Position numbers and translations under genes: made by a program. From Azolla caroliniana (lineage: Eukaryota > Plantae > Polypodiophyta), in NCBI GenBank assembly GCA_043228905.1, contig JBHGNT010000003.1, positions 19,344,001 through 19,408,000 of the forward strand: a stretch of DNA of 64,000 nucleotides, given 5' to 3'. Shown one piece after another: positions 63,594 through 64,000 of this stretch (its first letter is position 1; each line of letters begins with the position of its first letter). The notes beneath the pieces were generated by a model. That model did no database searches. It saw only the letters and a list, made by a program, of their open reading frames with translations, and had not been told where the DNA came from.

Positions 63594-64000
63594 CGTGGCG
63601 GGCGTTGTTGGGGTCGTGAGTTGGGGTGGATTGGCCCGTCTTCTCCACCAAGATGTGAAATGCTCAAGATGTGAAATGCTCTCAAGAATAGCCCTCCTTT
63701 CATTATGTCTCAAGTTACATTTTATAGACTCTCTCTTAGCGTGGAGGGTGTTCTCCCGCTCCAATTAGCTCTACTAATTATGGGGCTTGGTGGGGGCCTA
63801 GTTTGGGTGTGGTGCATGAGGCTTGGTAGGGGCCTAATTTGGGTGTGGTCTATGTGTGGTGCATGGGGCTTGGTAGGGGCCTAATCTAGGTGTGGTCCAT
63901 GTGACCACCACAATATATATATTTCTACATTAGTATGAGTGGTGGTGACTTTTTGTACCATTGAGTTTTTGAAATTCTATTTCGTACCCTCAATTGTTTT

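Larger units (their letters stand above)
59116..63912 (-). mobile_element. Gypsy element F: young, full-length (4.8 kb), short LTRs, separate gag and pol ORFs
   Basis: LTRs 59116-59360 and 63670-63912 differ only by a 2-nt indel by eye; a 16-nt LTR-end duplication lies at 63654-63669; PBS TGGTGGAGAAGACGGG at 63650-63635; PPT AAGGGGGAA adjacent to the 3' LTR; 4-bp TSD ATAT at 59112-59115 and 63913-63916. Confidence 0.95.

Noticed and set aside
63594-63764. N-terminal extension of F gag in the ORF track
   Set aside because: It starts at a non-ATG codon inside the LTR and runs through the PBS; the first ATG after the PBS is at 63593.
44600-63768. Numerous plus-strand ORFs of 60-200 aa over the Gypsy cluster
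   Set aside because: Antisense shadows of GC-rich minus-strand gag, pol and extra ORFs, without recognisable motifs.

Overview
Land-plant nuclear DNA (spliced genes, heavy retroelement load; a non-seed plant such as a fern is my guess, not established). Three host genes can be built with canonical GT-AG introns in consistent phase: the last two exons of ATP23 (+, 315-4273), a complete 7-exon TLDc-domain gene (-, 9081-5676, 544 aa) and a complete 11-exon serine carboxypeptidase-like gene (-, 36086-23521, 501 aa). Between the TLDc and carboxypeptidase genes is a three-level nest with every target-site duplication (TSD) visible: a LINE containing a deleted Copia, which contains a near-intact young Copia. 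From 43.5 kb to the end is a cluster of at least five Ty3/Gypsy elements or fragments (labelled A, C, D, E, F). The most unusual signal: two related Gypsy elements with dissimilar LTRs (D and E) have no polypurine tract (PPT). In its place, 2 nt from the LTR, is a conserved 42-nt block resembling the 3' half of a tRNA-Arg. It ends in CCA, carries a covarying hairpin and is complementary to the element's own primer-binding site (PBS), suggesting tRNA-primed or self-primed second-strand synthesis. Element D also carries a ~1030-codon extra ORF. A second Gypsy lineage (A, F) has short LTRs, a tRNA-Ala-type PBS, a 4-bp ATAT target site and a -1 gag/pol junction.
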